A stretch of DNA of 64,000 nucleotides from contig BQFW01000001.1 of assembly GCA_020891255.1 (NCBI GenBank), positions 2,046,001 to 2,110,000 on the forward strand. The letters run 5' to 3'. A model generated the notes under the pieces. That model searched no databases, was not told where the DNA came from, and saw nothing but the letters and a program-made list of their open reading frames with translations. Position 1 is the first letter of the stretch, and the number at the start of each line of letters is the position of its first letter. A program made the position numbers and the translations under genes. Below, in pieces: positions 59,522 through 64,000 of the stretch. Source of the DNA: Entomortierella parvispora E1425 (lineage: Eukaryota; Fungi; Mortierellomycota).

Positions 59522-61362
59522 TTATCCCCTGATCGGCTTTCCCTTCCTCTTCCGTGCAAACATAGCCATCGTCCCAATGGCCCCCATCACCACCACCGCG
59601 ACCCACGCCAGAACCAGGCCATAGAACACTGGCAGCTCGCCCCGTAGTCGACTCTCGTACTCTGAAAACACCTTGCCAATAGCCTCCTCTACTACCTGTG
59701 TCTTGCGCAGCAAGATCCCTCCAGTACGGGCGCCTGCGGTCGAGGCAGTTGCGGGAGAACTCGTCCCAAGGGCAAGAGCCTCGTTCACAAGTTGGTTCAC
59801 CAGTGTCTGGTTCACCATCAACACATCGTCTTTGAGGCGAGGAAGCGAGATCCTTGCGTTCTGTTGGATCCAAGCCAAGCCCGACTCAATTATAATCAGC
59901 TTGTTCAACAGGAGACATTGCAGCACCGCAAGGGCCAATTTTCCAAACAGTGTGGACCCGAAAACAGCCTGGATCCCCTGGATAAGTGTAGACTGCACAG
60001 AATTCAACGCCGTATCCATCTCGGCCGCTGCTTGTACAATCTCGCCAAATACATCCGTGTTCAGGCTCGACTCGACACGAGCGAGGGCGTCGTTCGTCTG
60101 TGTTGCAAACGCAATGGAGGAGGACTGAATGGCGCCGTTGACAAAATCAAGGGCCTCGTCGGACAGATCAGTCAATGTTGAGGCGAGGAGGGGCTGCCAG
60201 TGATCCCTGGCGTATTGAATCAATGCTATCTGACCATAGACGAGTGCGAGGCCGAGAAGTCCAATGAAGAGACAGACCACAGCCTCATGGCGAGCGATAT
60301 AATACGCGAACCAAAAGTAAAGACTCTGGTTGTCCTCGTCCTTCGGAAAAAGTCGGCAAGAGGTCCAGTCCAAGATTCGAAAGAGGAGTGGATGACGTGC
60401 CATGTAACTGACTCTTTGAGCATATACCCTCAACTCGGTTCGATCCAGATCTTGAGTAGGCATTGTGTCTTGTTCAGCAGCCCGCGGGATTCGGAACCCT
60501 CCGATTTGCCTCATGACGCGACCGACGTGAATTTGCCACCGGAAATGATGGAACCAGATCAGTCCCATGTTGCCCAACGTCGCCATCACGGCCATCGCCA
60601 AAAGGGCAAGTGTCCCGTAGAGGATCCACTGTTGAAAGTCCTTTGTCAGGCTATCCACTTGCACTAAATTCAGGGCTTGGTCGCAAATCTGAACCTGCTG
60701 CATAGGCATCACAGGAATGTTGACTTGTAACCCAATCTGTGGATCGGCCATCCGCTCCTGAATTGTAGCCTCCAGCTCATTAAAAGGCAAGGTCAGAATG
60801 CTTAGTATAACATTGTTCAGTTGATCAATGGCCTGCACTCCCCCGGATCCAACTTCGGAAATAACAGGGATACCCGAGTCTGCTAGGTTACTCAAGAAGC
60901 AACGCCAAGTGCCCGTCAGAAAGGCGAGGACTAACTCGACTGTCGATAGGAATCCGCTCAACACTATTTCGAGTCCGTACCCAATCTGGCTGATGACCGT
61001 GTCCAAAGCTGTAACAAGTCCATGGTTGACACCTTGTGCCGCAAAATGTGGAAAGAGGCTAGTGCAGAGAGAGACCTCTCTAGTCCTGAACAATCGCTTG
61101 ACAAGGTTTGCTTTGCTGTTGCCACCATGACTGCGACATTCTTCCGAGTTTGAAAAAGTTGATAGGCGGAAATGAGCAAGAAAACAACTGTATAGGACGC
61201 AAATGCTTGGGAGAGTTTAGCCCAGAGACCTGGAAATGGTGATATTGTCGAGCGGGATTGTTCCTGACTGTTCTCCTTCTGAAGTCCTGATGTAGACGCC
61301 AGATTCCCACTGGCTTGCCATTGGACTTCTTCATCGAGGTAGTTGGTGTTGAGGACATTCAT
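59522..61362 (-). pseudogene. PRM1: Plasma-membrane fusion protein Prm1 homolog with a one-base frameshift near 61050-61054 (pseudogene or assembly error)
   Basis: SPFPGLWAKLSQAF...SDCSGLERSLSALASF is in one frame and PHFAAQGVNHG...TWRCFL in another. The span is 1841 nt (3n+2) and no GT-AG intron is possible at the junction. Downstream C-terminal half has CLFIGLLG, VFGEIV and AVLQCLLLNK plus a terminal TM. Confidence 0.75.
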
Positions 61363-61668
61363 AATCTGGTAATTTCATTCCTTTAAAAATCAATAAAGAG
61401 GCGAAAACAGCCTGGCCTTCCTTAAATATCCCATCTGTAGATGTTGAAATTGCGTTGTCCAGTTGCAGTGAAATTCCCCAGTGAGAAGAACCACAATGTC
61501 CCGCTGCGAGTTATATGGGGCACTATGTGGATCCGCAATATGCCACACCTTCGCCCGAAATGTTCATTGCCTGTCCCGACTCGATCATGTGAAAAAGACC
61601 AACTCTTGGCGCGTACTTTAATAGTCGATTGGGTAAATTTGTCGATGTATGGCAACTGGTCCATGAAT

Positions 61669-62560
61669 CTACTTGACCTTGACAAACTTGGCTTCGATGT
61701 CGGAAATAGCAACGGGCAACTCGCTCTAGTATCAAAAAGGGTTCAGGAAGACGTGTATGAGTAATGAGAAAACGCCAGGAGGGTTATAGCGGCTGCGCTC
61801 TGAATGTCTGATGTCCACTTTGACTCACCTTCTCGTCGTAGTCGGCCCAGTCGCCATCGGTAAGATCAATATCCTCGAAAACAGTGCCCGACTCGGCGCC
61901 CTTGGCCTTCCAACCCTCACGAGGAGCAAAGTCAACCAACTCCAATCCACGGCACTCGATGGTCACAATGGTTTGAAACTTTCCGCTGTTCTCGATATCG
62001 TACGCGACAGGCTTTGACGCAAAGTCTATAGAAGCGCGGGGAAAAAAAGTTAGGTGGATGGAAGAAAACACGATAGCAGTGCTGTTTAAGCAATTGAGCA
62101 TGGCCTTCTGTGCTTACCAGCAGAGCTCTCGCACTTGCAGAACTTGCACTTCATCACCAAGTTGGCCTCGCCACGTCCAGATCCCATCTCGGCCTTGTCC
62201 TGTAGTTTTTATCCACAGGGAGGTTGAAAGGAAAGAAACTCTTATTTTAGTCCGTGCAGGAGTAGTGGTCCTATAAACTCGACATTCGAAAGTACTTACA
62301 ATAGCATTGAAGGTGATATGGTTTGAGTCGATCTCACGGCACTTTGTGCACTGAATCTTGAAGTGCCATGTGTGGTCAGCATCCTCAGGGATCAACTCGG
62401 TAATGTTCTCGAGCTCAGCTTTGATTTGGAGGGCAAGGACAGGCTATGACAAAGAAATAGATGTTTGGTAACACGAATGATTATCACCAAGTGAAAGGTC
62501 AGTCGCGCATTTGATGATTCTTATGTCCTCTCCATTGTGTCATTGCGAAGACGGTACCAT
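61669..62560 (-). CDS. CXXC zinc-binding protein (DUF866 / UPF0587 / C1orf123-like)
   Basis: Exon 1 is only ATG (62558-62560), followed by PVLALQIKAELENITEL, KIQCTKCRE, GRGEANLVMKCKFCK, TIECRGLELVDF and DWADYDEK; stop TAG at 61669-61671. Confidence 0.9.
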
Positions 62561-62662
62561 TGTGGATTATGATGTTCTGATGTGGACGTGAGATGGATGA
62601 GGGCGATCAACCATCCAAAAGTTTAATATTTTATTAGGCTAACTCGAAATATTTGTTTTTAT

Positions 62663-64000
62663 TCAAGATTTTTTAACAAAGAATCTGGAGATCGATCCTT
62701 CTTCAACCTCTTTCCTTGCTTTTTTAGAGCCACCACTCGACTCGGCAGTCGTTTTCCGTTTGGCAGCCTTGCTTGAATCCAAAAGACCACTATCCTTGCC
62801 CTTTCTATATTTTTCAAGCAATTGATACGCTTTAAGGATTCCTGTAGGGATTGCAGCAGTGGCCAGCTCCTCCGCAGATAGCCACACTGTTTCTGGCGCC
62901 CCTTTCTTTGGCTTTGCTTCTTTATCTCCTTTAGCGGAAGAGTCTTGATTCTTGACCAGGACCCATTCTGCATGGTATACTTTCCGAATATGAGAAAACA
63001 AATGCTGAGCATTTCCCAAATCACGGCGCTCAATGTCTTTGTTATCCCGGAGCCAGTCCAGGCCAAGGACATCTATCATGTACTTCAAACTGGAGGATGA
63101 CCGCTGCTTGTACGTAGATGGCCCGTCCAGTGAGTGATCAGCTTGAAGTTGCTCTAACTCTACAGTCGGGAACTCCCACATTCCTGCCAACAGTCCTTTT
63201 GCTGGTCTCTTTACAAGAAGAAACTCGGAATTCAGCGTTCCGTCGGCTTTCTCGCTAATAACACGCTCCAGAATCGCCACAGCGCACTCTATCAAATGAA
63301 AGGTTGTAAGAACGTTAGATTACCTCTAGCTCATTGTGGTTTTTTAAACCTCCACGAACGGTTTTTACCTTCGTCCCTCGGCGCCTTCTTGGCGGCCTTT
63401 CGTGGGTATTGCGTTACGAGGCCCTGCTCCTTTGCGTCGACTTCTGACTCTGCTAAGCACAATGTGCAACGCGAGTCATCATATTCGCTTTCAATTTCTT
63501 CCTTCAGAGTAACATTCTCTTGGCTTCTACTCCTGTCAATGACCTATTTTAACAAACAAAACATAATTTTAATACGTATCGTATAATGAAGAGCATTTTC
63601 TCTCGCAAAATAATTACCTCCGCATACGCTCTGCAGCTGGTCTGCACAGGACAGTCGTTGCACTTTGGGTTCTGCGGGGTGCAGATCGTGGCCCCAAGTT
63701 CCATTAGAGCCTGGTTAAAACATCCCGGCCGCTCCTGATGAACCAATTCTTTTGCAACCAGCCTGCGAGGAGATCAGAAATGGATAGGATCGTTAGAATA
63801 AGGAGCGGGCACGATAGATAGATCAAAAAGTGAGCTATGATGTGCTTACCAATGAAGATCAATAACTTTGGGACTCTTCACATCACCACCAATTGCCCGC
63901 AGACGAGACAAAACTCGGATTACATTCCCGTCAACCAATTCCGCTGGGACGTTGTACGCATGAGAAACAATTGCGCCGGCAGTATACCGCCCCACACCTG
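62663..64000 (-). CDS. MUTYH: A/G-specific adenine DNA glycosylase MutY/MUTYH (5' part outside window)
   Basis: HhH motif [11 protein letters not shown], catalytic [25 protein letters not shown], Fe-S motif [17 protein letters not shown] and NUDIX-like C-terminal domain [15 protein letters not shown]. Confidence 0.95.

Noticed and set aside
1-64000. tRNA, rRNA, snoRNA, CRISPR, transposon or in-frame Sec (TGA) signals
   Set aside because: None recognised by eye: no T-loop in non-coding DNA, no C/D box pair with a terminal stem in the NAT10 introns, no spaced repeats, no transposase or RT motifs, and no TGA interrupting the conserved coding segments I translated. tRNAscan-SE and Infernal were not run, so small RNAs cannot be excluded.

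Overview
Gene-dense, intron-rich eukaryotic DNA with short GT-AG introns, tiny intergenic gaps and long poly(dA:dT) tracts. The gene content (CENP-M, cold-shock protein, MUTYH with Fe-S motif, fungal kinesin-1 tail, MKT1, SEC66, PRM1) points to an early-diverging fungus, probably Mortierellaceae-like (inference). I could assemble 24 protein-coding loci by hand. In order they are: a partial GPI-type protein, CTNNBL1, DPH3, a cupredoxin-fold surface protein, a ~1400-aa disordered orphan, CENP-M, SET2, a cold-shock protein, TRS33, NF-YB/HAP3, an APH-like kinase, kinesin-1, an MRP-type ABC transporter, MKT1, a Baeyer-Villiger monooxygenase, SEC66, a DUF4203 membrane protein, EGT2, NAT10/KRE33, a ferric reductase, a PhnP-like metallo-beta-lactamase, PRM1, a DUF866 protein and a partial MUTYH. 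I saw no tRNA, rRNA, CRISPR array, transposon or biosynthetic gene cluster. The most notable observations are: a one-base frameshift in the cell-fusion gene PRM1; a CENP-M, hidden behind a GC-AG intron, that keeps a GxxxxGK P-loop; three ATCTGATAA iron-repressor-type sites upstream of the ferric reductase; and a cupredoxin lacking three of its four copper ligands. I found no clear multi-gene novel system. All family assignments come from motif recognition by eye, not database searches.
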